The notes under the pieces were generated by a model. That model saw only the letters and a program-made list of their open reading frames with translations. It did no database searches and was not told the origin of the DNA. Source: Octopus bimaculoides (taxonomy: Eukaryota). Taken from it: a DNA stretch of 44,039 nucleotides. The stretch is taken from assembly GCF_001194135.2 (NCBI RefSeq), contig NC_068982.1:172431561-172475599 (forward strand), written 5' to 3'. The position numbers and the translations under genes are program-made. Below, one piece after another: positions 22,312 through 33,586 of this stretch (positions are counted from its first letter, which is position 1; each line of letters starts with the position of its first letter).

Positions 22312-22893
22312 CTGAAGTATCACCTGAAGAGGAAGGTGAGAGTAGAAAGGGAAGTCTTGTCTAGTGAATGCTTCAAAAAAAGATGGGTGAATATAGCAAG
22401 GATGGCACGTGTGAACGACGGAGCCATCTTGAGCATAACCCTATGAACTAGAAAAAAATCCAGGAAAAAAAAAATAAAACAAAAAGGCAAAAGAGAGTCA
22501 CTTACAGTTATAGTTTCTTCAATGACAATATTAAGGTTACCGTGGTCTTTTCCGTAGGCTTTTCTTTCCACGGCTAAACCTAAACTGTCCTCCCCTCTTT
22601 TTACACGAGAACATTACTGTGTGATACACGATCCCTATTGATCGCTTTTTTTTTTCTCGATCCCTTTTGATCGAACCCCCCCCCCTTTTTCCCTTCCTAC
22701 GATCCCTTTTGATCNNNNNNNNNNTTTTCTCGATCCCTTTTGATCGAACCCCCCCCCTTTTTCCCTTCCTACGATCCCTTTTGATCGACACACCCTTTTT
22801 TTTCTCTCTCTTTCCTTCCCCCTCCCAAAAAGAAAAGCTCTACATTGTATTTGTCCCATCTTTGTTGAGCCCTGTGTGGCTAATAAAAGAAAT
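22312..22893 (+). mobile_element. 5'-truncated L1/Tx1-clade LINE (ORF2 C-terminus plus 3' UTR) inserted in (ATCT)n
   Basis: 22312-22446 reads LKYHLKRKVRVEREVLSSECFKKRWVNIARMARVNDGAILSITL*, resembling a Tx1-type ORF2 terminus. The 3' UTR ends ...gtgtggctAATAAAagaaat, with (ctat)n on both sides. Confidence 0.7.
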
Positions 22894-23559
22894 CTATCTA
22901 TCTATCCATCTATCTATCTAGTCAACTACCCAACACTTATTTATCTATCTATTTGTCTATCTATCTACCTGTCTATCTATTTTATCTAGTTATCTCCCCA
23001 ACCATTATCTATCTATCTATCTATCTATCTATTTATCTATTTATCTATCTATCTATCTACCCGTCTGTCTGTCTGTCTGTCTGTCTGTGTGACTGGATAA
23101 ATAGATGGACGGATGGATGGATGGATGGATGGGTGGGTGGATGGATGGATATTTTGCCATTGAATCTTTTTTCAAAGACACTTTCTCTCGTCGAACCTTA
23201 AAATTGTTTCACAGAACCCAGTTTTAAGAAACTTCCTTTTAGGTGATCACGATCCGAGAGCTTATGATTCAAAAGGTCTATTTAACTCAAGACTATTGTA
23301 CGCTTGAACAGCAATAACAAAATCAGCGAAAACAGCAACGACAAAATCAGCGACAAATACGTGAAAACAACAACCAATGAGAACAACAAATCGACGACGA
23401 TGACGACAAGGAAAATACCAACTACAACAGCAACGTGGGTGGTAGGCTTAATCTATCACTGGGCTTAACAACACCACCTGGTCTTTGAGGTGGGGCCTTT
23501 AACGGAGTTCTTTCTGTTGTAAACATCAAAGTTAAGTATTTGTCTTGAAGATGTCTTAC

Positions 23560-23623
23560 CCCACTTCCTTCCACATTTCTCTGTCGTTCCGAATAGGGTC
23601 ATGGAAGCTGCCCTGTCTCTCTC
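23560..23623 (-). CDS. Candidate internal coding exon (64 nt)
   Basis: Acceptor tttttgtaattgctgattcAG|G, donor GGG|GTAAGA. GC- and purine-rich relative to its flanks. Open in two phases (ERDRAASMTLFGTTEKCGRKW or ERQGSFHDPIRNDREMWKEVG). Confidence 0.45.
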
Positions 23624-24003
23624 CTGAATCAGCAATTACAAAAAGGGATGGGGGAATGTATAGAGAGAAAAAAAACTACTTTGCGAAATAGAGAGGTATA
23701 TGATCAAATGATCTGCTAAAAAATAGAAGTCAAATTTTCTTTAAATCGATCGTACTGTCTTAAACCAAGAAGGATACATCGGACAATGCAGTCCCTGATA
23801 TAGGAAAAGAAGGAATGGTCCTGGCTGAAGTGTTTTTGATCATTCATCATCTTGATAATACATGATCTTGATCGAGGATGATCGAAGATGATTTAAGGCA
23901 ACAAAACCAAACACCGACAACAAAACCAACACAACACAAACCATACAACATCATCCCACAACAATACAAGCAGCAGAACAAAATGAATAACTGCAGATAA
24001 GAT

Positions 24004-24394
24004 GTTGTTGTTGTTGGCACTCCGTCGCTTACGACGTCGAGGGTTCCAGTTGATCCGATCAACGGAACAGCCCGCTCGTGAAATTAACGTGCAAGTGGCT
24101 GAGCACTCCACAGACACGTGTACCCTTAACGTAGTTCTCTGGTGATATTCAGCGTGGCACAGTGTGACAGGCTGACCCTTTGAATTACAGGCACAACAGA
24201 AACAGGAAATAAGAGCGAGAGAAAGTTGTGGTGAAAGAGTACAGCAGGGTTCGCCACCATCCCCTGCCGGAACCTCGTGGAGCTTTAGGTGTTTTCGCTC
24301 AATAAACACTCACAATGTCCGGTCTGGGAATCGAAACCGCGATCCTATGACCGCGAGTCTGCTGCCCTAATCACTGGGCCATTGCGCCTCCACG
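24004..24394 (-). mobile_element. SINE family C, full length, young
   Basis: tRNA-like head ggcgcaatggcccagtgattagggc...gtttcgattcccagaccgg; tail cgtcg-taag-cgacg stem-loop then (CAA)n. Confidence 0.92.
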
Positions 24395-24627
24395 CAGATA
24401 AGATAGATGACAAGGAAAAAAAAATCAATAACGAGTACAATAGCAAGAGCAACTGCATTATCAAGCGTAGTATCAAAAAGTTGGATTAAAGTATAACAGC
24501 TCAACAAAAACGTAAGTGAAGTAACATAGTATAAACTGACGCTAATATGTTTTTTTCTTTTTTGTTTAACAAGCTAAGAGGCTAATCGGGACACTACCGC
24601 CTGTTCTAGCACTATTTAACTATATAT

Positions 24628-24951
24628 CGTGGAGGCGCAATGGCCCAGTGGTTAGGGCAGCGGACTCGTGGTCATAGGATCGCGGTTTCGATTCCCAGAC
24701 CGGGCGTTGTGAGTGTTTATTGAGCGAAAACACCTAAAGCTCCACGAGGCTCCGGCAGGGGATGGTGGCGAACCCTGCTGTACTCTTTCACCACAACTTT
24801 CTCTCACTCTTTCTTCCTGTTTCTGTTGTGCCTGTAATTCAAAGGGTCAGCCTTGTCACACTGTGTCACGCTGAATATCCCCGAGAACTACGTTAAGGGT
24901 ACACGTGTCTGTGGAGTGCTCAGCCACTTGCACGTTAATTTCACGAGCAGG
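24628..24951 (+). mobile_element. SINE family C, young, runs into a gap
   Basis: About 14 differences over about 324 bp from the copy at 24072-24394 (manual count). Confidence 0.92.
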
Positions 24952-25127
24952 AACCNNNNNNNNNNNNNNNNNNNNNNNNNNNNNNNNNNNNNNNNNNNNN
25001 NNNNNNNNNNNNNNNNNNNNTTTATTTCCTCTATAGCGATAAAAACAAGAGTGCATTTTGCACCAAAAGCTAATATAAAAGTTTCATGGTGTTTACCGCA
25101 GTAAAGTTTGTTTTACCAGAACATCCA

Positions 25128-25430
25128 AGTGGTTAGAGCACCGGGCTCACAATCATGAGGTTATGAGTTCGAATCCCGGGCCGGGCTGCGTGTTGTGTTC
25201 TTGAGCAAGACACTTTATTTCACGTTGCTCCAGTTCACTCAGCTTTAGAAATGAGTTGCGACATCACAGGTGCCAAGCTGTATTGACCTTTGCCTTTCCC
25301 TTGGATAACACCACTGGCATGGAAAGGGGAGGCCGGTATGCATGGGTGACTGCTGGTCTTCCACAAAACAAACTTGTCCGGATTTGTGCCACGGAAGGGA
25401 ACTTTCTAGGTGCAAACCCATGGTCTTTTT
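25128..25430 (+). mobile_element. tRNA-derived CORE-type SINE (head resembles tRNA-Val CAC)
   Basis: A box agtggttagagc, loop ctcacaa, B box gttcgaatccc, then tgtgttcttgagcaagacactttattt. Confidence 0.75.
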
Positions 25431-25826
25431 ACTTTTATGGCTTTGCATGTCATACGACTTCACTTCTCGTATGCCTTCTCCGAAAGATTGCTCGCTACAA
25501 CAACAAAATTCTATAAAACAGTATCTTTCCTACATGTAAGGAGCCCATACACATAAAAAATAAGATTATCATCAATAGCCTCGTTGGACCCCTAATACAC
25601 CACAAACACAAATACACCAGCAACTGCATAATCTCAGTTCATTTTCGTCGCCGCTTCCGTGGCCACAACCAGAATTCTAATGGTGGTCACGAGCGTACAG
25701 ACATCGACAAAATAGTGGAAAGAGGGCATTATGCGCAGACTATCACTCTGCACGTTATATAGCTCTTCACTTTATTTATGGTTGACTTCTGAACAGATAC
25801 ATAGTGTCAGTTGTTTGCGGTCGTAC

Positions 25827-25865
25827 CTCAATGTTCGGCCTTGGGAGTAATTGGTGAAGGCTGAC
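25827..25865 (-). CDS. Candidate internal coding exon (39 nt, VSLHQLLPRPNIE)
   Basis: Acceptor ttttatatagccacAG|G, donor GAG|GTACGA; unique GC-elevated sequence. Confidence 0.35.
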
Positions 25866-26106
25866 CTGTGGCTATATAAAACGGCAACAGAAGCAGCAGC
25901 AGCAAAAACAACAACAGCAACGAAACAACATATGCAACAGGAGCAGAAACGATAATTTTGGAGACAAAGAACAGCAGCAAAAAAAAAAAAAAAAAAANNN
26001 NNNNNNNNNNNNNNNNNNNNNNNNNNNNNNNNNNNNNNNNNNNNNNNNNNNNNNNNNNNNNNNNNNNNNNNNNNNNNNNNNNNNNNNNNNNNNNNNNNNN
26101 NNNNNN

Positions 26107-26173
<67 letters not shown>

Positions 26174-26181
26174 TTGTATGT

Positions 26182-26388
26182 CTGTGTTTGTCCCCCCCAA
26201 CATCGCTTGACAACCGATGCTGGTGTGTTTACGTCCCCGAAACTTAGCGGGTCGGCAAAAGAGACCGATAAAATAAGTACTAGGCATCCAAAGAATAAGT
26301 CCTGGGGGTCGATTTGCTCGATTAAAGGCGGTGCTCCAGCATGGCCGCAGTCAAATGACTGAAACAAGTAAAAGAGTAAAAGAGTTAA
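26182..26388 (+). mobile_element. SINE family A, 3' part (young)
   Basis: catcgcttgacaaccgatgctggtgtgtttacgtcccc...aagtaaaagagtaaaagag; the 5' part is lost in the gap. Confidence 0.9.
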
Positions 26389-26556
26389 AAGGAAGGAAAT
26401 GAACAAAGGGAGAGAACAACCGCAATAGCAATAAGAACAACAATAACAGCTTTAGTATCAACAACAACAAAACCAAGAGACGCAACAACGACATCACCAA
26501 TAGCAACAACAAAAACAACGGCTACCAAAAGAACAACAAATAAGAAGAGTAGTTTT

Positions 26557-27212
26557 AACGGATCTTTGTGATTTGACGGGCAACATTAGTTTTCTTAACG
26601 AAACACTTTCAAACTTGGGACACTGGTAGAACGTGTCATATAAAACAACTTCTTCTCTTAACCTTCTTAACAAAATTTTGTACATCGCAAGTTATTTCAT
26701 GTTAAAGTTGTCGTATTTCTGTAATTTCAACCAATCACTGACGTTTATTCACCTGAATACAGTCAGTGCTGGCCGGTGATAAAAATGTTATTTCCTGTGA
26801 CATATTTCATCCGGTTTAATCGTAATTTATACGCATATATTGTTTATATAATAAATTACGCTAACCCTAACCCTAACCCTAACCCCAACCCTAATCCTAA
26901 CTCTAAAACCCGAACCCTAACCCTATTTTGATGGCTTTTCCCCCTTTGTTTACGAACAGTCTAGTTGATCGGAACTAACGGGGATTAATATCATATACAC
27001 CGTTACAGCACTTACTGTTTTCAACTGAATAGACGTCAGTGATTAGTTGAAATTATCGAAATAAGACAATTTTTAACGTGAAATAACTTCGAATACAAAA
27101 TTTATTATCTGTTCTATACCACAAAATATACAAGTATACGAAGTTTGGAAGTGTTTCGGTACCAAAAACACTACATAAAAAAATGTTGCCCGTCAAATCA
27201 CAAGGATCCGTT
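26557..27212. mobile_element. Foldback/MITE-like element with long imperfect TIRs and a central telomere-type repeat
   Basis: aacggatc(t/c)ttgtgatttgacgggcaacatt at both ends in inverted orientation. Inverted similarity continues inward (aagttatttca.gttaaa..ttgtc.tatttc..taatttcaac.aatcactgacgt.tattca). Exact ends and TSD not resolved. Confidence 0.8.
26861..26925. repeat. Interstitial (CCCTAA)n / (TTAGGG)n tract, degenerate
   Basis: ctaaccctaaccctaaccctaaccccaaccctaatcctaactctaaaacccgaaccctaacccta. Confidence 0.95.
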
Positions 27213-27647
27213 TTAACGGTAGTAAACAACGGAACACAATAACCATGACAGAAAACAGTCGAAATAAGAAATAGTACATCTTCAACAACGACGACGACGA
27301 CGATGACAGCAACAACACATGACATGAGCTGCAAGAACAGTATTAGATAAGATGAGTGAGAGCAGCAGCAACGGAAACAACATCGAATGCAACGACCAAT
27401 GACGGCAACAACAGCAGTAAGGACAGCTACAACAACAACAACAACAACAACACTAACCACAGCAACAATATTCACAACATCAATAACAACAACAGTAACA
27501 GCTACAACTACAAGATTAAGCAACAACAAAAGCCATGACTGTTGCGACAACAACATTAGCTGCAGCAGCTGCTGCAGCTGCTGCAGCAGCAACAGAGGTG
27601 ATAATAACAAAGTAGGGATATTTGAAGACAATAACTTGAAGTCTGAC

Positions 27648-27674
27648 CATGTGGATATCACATGGAATCAGTTG
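27648..27674 (-). CDS. Optional 27-nt candidate micro-exon (QLIPCDIHM)
   Basis: Strong acceptor ttttgcctttgttctccAG, weak donor ATG|GTCAGA; phase 0-0. Confidence 0.2.
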
Positions 27675-28099
27675 CTGGAGAACAAAGGCAAAATCCAAGC
27701 TTCTCAAAGACTTCACTCAAAAACTATTTGTTCTCTGATCTCAAACGTTATAAACACACAAGCGTGTGTGTGTGAGTGCGTGTTTCTGTTTGTGTGTATG
27801 TACATGTGTGTGTATATGTGTGTAAGTGCGTGTTTCTGTTTGTGTATGTACATGTGTGTGTATATATATATATCTATATATATATATATATATATATTTA
27901 AGTTCAAAAAAACACGTAAAACAATAACAAAAAAACAACAAAGTGAGGACGTGATACGGATAGTGTTATTGGACGCTCGGGAAAGGAAAGAGTATATGTG
28001 TGTGTGTGTGTATAACACACACACAGATACATGCATCATACATATATGTTTGCATGATTGTGTGTGGGTATATTTAAGTTTGTGCTTAGATGCGTGAGT

Positions 28100-28287
28100 G
28101 TGTACATCTGCGTTTGTCTATAAGTGTATATGCGTATATGCATATGGATGTGCGTATGTGTTTGTTTGTGTGTGTATCTCTATATACACATGTATATTTA
28201 TATGTATATGTATAAATATACGTATATGTATATATGTATATATATATGTATATATATATATGTGTATAAACATGTGTGTATATATGA

Positions 28288-28323
<36 letters not shown>

Positions 28324-28401
28324 TTATATGTATATATATATGTATGTATATATTATGTATGTATATATATGTATATATATATATGCATGTATTTATATAT
28401 G

Positions 28402-28433
<32 letters not shown>

Positions 28434-28496
28434 TGTATGAATGTATGTATGTATTATGTATGGATACACGCACACACATTTACATAGTTGTGTGTG

Positions 28497-28581
<85 letters not shown>
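28100..28581. repeat. Compound (TA)/(TATG)/(TG) microsatellite
   Basis: Direct reading. Confidence 0.95.
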
Positions 28582-29042
28582 NNNNNNNNNNNNNNNNNNN
28601 NNNNNNNNNNNNNNNNNNNNNNNNNNNNNNNNNNNNNNNNNNNNNNNNNNNNNNNNNNNNNNNNNNNNNNNNNNNNNNNNNNNNNNNNNNNNNNNNNNNN
28701 NNNNNNNNNNNNNNNNNNNNNNNNNNNNNNNNNNNNNNNNNNNNNNNNNNNNNNNNNNNNNNNNNNNNNNNNNNNNNNNNNNNNNNNNNNNNNNNNNNNN
28801 NNNNNNNNNNNNNNNNNNNNNNNNNNNNNNNNNNNNNNNNNNNNNNNNNNNNNNNNNNNNNNNNNNNNNNNNNNNNNNNNNNNNNNNNNNNNNNNNNNNN
28901 NNNNNNNNNNNNNNNNNNNNNNNNNNNNNNNNNNNNNNNNNNNNNNNNNNNNNNNNNNNNNNNNNNNNNNNNNNNNNNNNNNNNNNNNNNNNNNNNNNNN
29001 NNNNNNNNNNNNNNNNNNNNNNNNNNNNNNNNNNNNNNNNNN

Positions 29043-29074
<32 letters not shown>

Positions 29075-29084
29075 GCGTGTGTAT

Positions 29085-29395
29085 CTTTGTGCTTGTCCCC
29101 GCCACCATCGCTCGACAACCGATGTTGGTGTGTTTACGCCCCCGTAATTTAGCGGTTGGGTGAAAGAGACCGATAGAATAAGTACTAGGTTTACAAAGAA
29201 TGAGTCCTGGGGTCGATTTCTTCGACTAAAACCCTTTAAGAGAGTGCACCAGCATAGCCGCTGTAATTGACTGAAACAAGTAAGAGAATAAAAGAATATA
29301 TATATATATCTTGTTTCAGTCATTGGACTGCTGCCATGATGGGTACCATTTTCAATGGCACTTTAGTCGAACGAGTCAACCCTAATACTTATAAT
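29085..29395. mobile_element. Tail-to-tail family A SINE 3' parts (29085-29295 plus; 29310-29395 minus)
   Basis: Both contain the gactgaaacaag / cttgtttcagtc terminus. Confidence 0.8.
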
Positions 29396-29860
29396 AATAA
29401 TCATCATCATCATAACCATAGTTGTGGTGATAGAAGAAGCATAGAGAAGAAATAATGCATCTGCATATCAGAGGTTGAAAACGTTGCTGACTAAATTTTT
29501 GCTAATCTACATTAAGATATTGCGGGGTCAGTTCGTAGACGGATGTGTGTGTATATGTGTGACGCTAGCATCCACACTATCTCAAGTAAGTAAGCATGAT
29601 TATAAAGTGTGGCTGTGTGGTGGTATGTTGGGAGAAGCAAATAAGTCGATAAAAATCCGCCCCTTCCTTTCAACCAAGGAACATGAAAAGACAAATTTAA
29701 GGTCGACCTCGACAAGACTTACAGTGATGACGTAAAGGGAGGTAATTAAATATTACAAGTATTTTAATCCGGCAATCAGCCGTTGTGGCACTCTACCACT
29801 TCCCAACTAGTATGTTATTGATTACTGTCTATTAACGATTCAGCTGCCTTAGCATTTTAC

Positions 29861-29963
29861 TTTCAACGCAGGTCTAACTTTTCTTTGCCTTTCTCTTGAA
29901 AATGATTCAATTATGTCCATTTCTTTATATTGAATTTTCCTCTCATTTAATTCAGAATAAAAC
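29861..29963 (-). CDS. Candidate internal coding exon (103 nt, FYSELNERKIQYKEMDIIESFSRERQRKVRPALK)
   Basis: Acceptor ttgcgtgttgttttcAG|G, donor AAA|GTAAAA; 34 open codons with a protein-like charged, helical composition. Confidence 0.45.
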
Positions 29964-30303
29964 CTGAAAACAACACGCAAGTAACATACATATATTAATA
30001 CATACATATGGATACATGCACACATACATATATATATGTAAAGAAACATGTACCATACACAATCACACGCGCGCGATATTTATCGTGTGTGTGTATGTGT
30101 GCGTGTGTGTGTATGTGTGCGTGTGTGTGTGTGTGCATGTGTACGTGTGTGTGTGTACCAAAATAGCTTGATTCAAATTCGTTGTAACTCCGAGTTTCAA
30201 AGCGTGATGCTAACCTGCAACCATTGGAAATTTCCAATACATGGAACTCCCAGTAAATATGTTGAGTGCCCTCCTTTCGTTTGTCCACTCACTCGTATGT
30301 ATG

Positions 30304-30363
<60 letters not shown>

Positions 30364-30515
30364 CATACACACACAAATACATAAACACATACATACACAA
30401 ACACATAAACACATACATACTTACATAGATACATAGATACATACATACATACATGCACACATACATACATGCACACATGGGTGTGCACACGCGCATACGT
30501 AACATTCATACTTTT

Positions 30516-31435
30516 GTGTTGTTCGTGCGTCGATCTGACGAGGACCAACAAGTCATCTTTGGATAGTCAGGCCTTATGAGTGCGCTGATGCCTACTTAGT
30601 GCAATTTGCAAACGGCTGTGACTTTGCAAGATGGACAGGTAATGCAGGCAGTAGTTGGAGATCTGATGTTAAGTTTCCTTTCTGGTCTGCCTGCTTTATT
30701 ACATTACAGTCACTCAGTTGGCCTCACATGTCTCAGAACCATTCTGGGCTCTCGTGCACTCCATCTCTATCCAACGTTGTCTGCTCTTACTCTTTATAGC
30801 TGATGTTGAAGGTCTTCAATGAAGCTTTCAGTGTGTCTTTGTAGCGCATTTTCTGACCTCCTCGGGAGCGTTTTACTGTGCCATAGTTCGCCGAAGAACA
30901 ATTTCTTTCAAAGCCAGTGATCTGGCATGTAAAATACATAACCTGCCCTGTACAACTATGACTGCATCAGGGTCGTGTAGATCTTGGGTACAGTTCAGCT
31001 CAACAGCGTATTTCTGTTCAAGAATTTTTTTTGTCACTTATGCCAAGAATTCTTTTGAAGCAGGTAGAATGAAAGTGGTTAAGCTCCCTTGCTTATCGTT
31101 CATATACAGTCCATGTTTATCAACCATAAAGCAGTATGGTGAAAACTTGTCTCTAGAGCGATATCTTTCTTGCTCCACACATTCTTGTGGCGTCTACCGA
31201 ATGCGGTAGTGGCCTTGTTGAGTATGAAATTCACTTTGTTTTCAATAACGGCAGTTCGGCGGTGTATGCTTATCCAGGTAGCTGAACTTGTCCAGGTGGG
31301 TGAACTTGTCCGTTGATGAAGATGTGTTCAATGTATGCCTTTCTTTCACCTGTCTGATGCATCACTTTGGTTTTCTTTGTACTGATCACCAGGTCACAAT
31401 TTTTTGTTAGAGCCGTTAGAGAACTTGTTCAGTCC
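30516..31435 (-). mobile_element. RTE-clade (BovB-like) LINE, 5'-truncated and decayed
   Basis: Segments LVISTKKTKVMHQ, NKATTAFGR..KNVW, LNHFHSTCFKRILGI and KRSRGGQKMRYKDTLKASLK. The 3' end is cctcgtcagatcgacgcacgaacaacac. Confidence 0.9.
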
Positions 31436-31658
31436 TCCTAAGGTTGAACCATCATTACTGAACCATCATTACGATATTTGATACGAATGGTGAGAAGGTG
31501 GAAGATGTGATGAAGAGATAGAAAGGAGCGAAACATATATTAAGAAGTTCAATTGATATTAATTGATCTTGATTCTTAACCGGTTTATATTAATACCAAT
31601 ATATAAAGTTTGACCCGAAATCAAGCACTTGCGCACGATCACGCAGGAACTCACGCAG

Positions 31659-31721
<63 letters not shown>

Positions 31722-31839
31722 NNNNNNNNNNNNNNNNNNNNNNNNNNNNNNNNNNNNNNNNNNNNNNNNNNNNNNNNNNNNNNNNNNNNNNNNNNNNNNN
31801 NNNNNNNNNNNNNNNNNNNNNNNNNNNNNNNNNNNNNNN

Positions 31840-31906
<67 letters not shown>

Positions 31907-32029
31907 GCGTATGTGTGTGAATGTTTGCCGGTTCGTGACTGTGGTTATGTCCTATACCGCTGCGATAACCGGTGTTATTTACGTTGTTGTCCTGTGTGTA
32001 TTGCGGTTCAAGAATCAGTGATCGATAAA

Positions 32030-32150
32030 TTAGTACCAAACTAAAATAAGTGCTGATATCGATATAATCGATCGAAAACTCTTGTAGGTGCTGCTTTTGC
32101 TCGGCCGCAATCCAATGGCTGAAACCAATATAAGAATACACATGACAAGC
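32030..32150 (-). mobile_element. SINE family A, 3' fragment, diverged
   Basis: ggccgcaatccaatggctgaaacca read on the plus strand matches the family terminus; orientation taken from local similarity only. Confidence 0.5.
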
Positions 32151-33393
32151 ACAAAGATTCCAGCGAAAATAAACTGCAAAAGGCAAATAATACTAAAAAC
32201 ATATATTGACACGCTATATACGTATACATACAAATGCGTGCACATGCACACACCCACACAAACACGTACAATATGCAGTCACACAAATATATGTGTGCGT
32301 GTGTGCGCGTGTGTGTTAGATTACTATGGTTGAAAGTGTATTAGAAAGCCACTACAATGCAAGCTGGAAGAAAAACAAAAAAAAAAAACAAGAGTAAAAC
32401 CAACTGCAAATAAATGCAATGGTTTACAATTTTAAATTATATTTCAATATTTCGGGTTTAAAAGCCTTTATCAAAGGAAAGTAGAAATGAATGTTACTTA
32501 TGGTCGGCACAGATATCAGATATGTGAGTCTAGAAAGGGGTCTTGACATGTAAAATTAAGAGCGCTACGCAACAATTGTCTGTCGTTGATAGAACGATGA
32601 AATTAATTTAACAAAGATAGCTTCCTGGATTCTCAAATTTCTAGTATTCTATTTTCTATTTTTGCTGGTGACTGATATAACATCTCCAGAGTGTGTGAAT
32701 GTGTTTTTTGATGCGCATGTATGTATGTATGTATGTATGTATGTATGTATGTATGTATGTATGTCATTATTCAGTTTTATTTCAAGATGTCTTGCCAATA
32801 GAGAAAGAGCTGGTTTCTGACCTAGATTCAAGACTCTTTCATTGGAATTTCAACATCAGCAACAAGGTATCTGTGTGTGTTTATGTATGTATGTATTTAT
32901 GTATCTATGTTTGTATGCATATGTGCAAATTTGTATGTTTTGTTTATGTATGTATATATGCGTCTATGTATGCATGCATGTATGCGTGCATTTGTGTGTG
33001 CATGTATGTATGTATGTATGTATGTATTATGTGTGCATATATGTATTATATGATGTGTGTGTGTGTGTGTGTATATATATATACATTAATGTATGTTTGC
33101 ATGCATATATGTAAGTATGTCTCTTTTACCTGTTGCGTGTTTCAGTCCTTGGACTGCTATTATTATTTAGCAGAAGTTATAAAGTGACTCACGGGCTAAG
33201 AGTTTCGTTTGATAAATTGTATGCAAGAAACTCTCGGACCTTGAGTCACTTTGCAATCTCGACCGAAAAATAATGATATGGTTATGTCGGGCGAATGAGA
33301 TAGGAGTGTTCAATGCATGTTGTAGAGGATATGGCTTTAACTGAAACTGAAGTTGAGAGTTCATCTCGTGACTTAGACTTTATGCTGCGGCGA

Positions 33394-33436
33394 TCTCACC
33401 TGAAGATCGCCATGGCATGAAACTCGAATCATAAGA
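33394..33436 (+). ncRNA. Degenerate hammerhead-like motif within a probable Penelope remnant (about 33170-33460)
   Basis: tctcac-CTGAAGA-tc-gccatggc-at-GAAA-ctcgaa-TC-ataaga. Stem I 3' arm and stem III appear decayed by G to A changes. Confidence 0.35.
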
Positions 33437-33510
33437 CAAAATTCAACTTAAAAAATAAACGTACTTATCCTTTGTATATGTATATATATAGATAGATAGA
33501 TAGATAGACA

Positions 33511-33586
<76 letters not shown>

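Noticed and set aside
24628-24705. tRNA-like sequences (also 25128-25190, 12630-12700, 8395-8460)
   Set aside because: They have A/B boxes but continue into SINE bodies and lack a clean acceptor stem; SINE heads, not tRNA genes.
26861-26925. Chromosome end or fusion scar
   Set aside because: The tract is short, degenerate and embedded within an inverted-repeat element.
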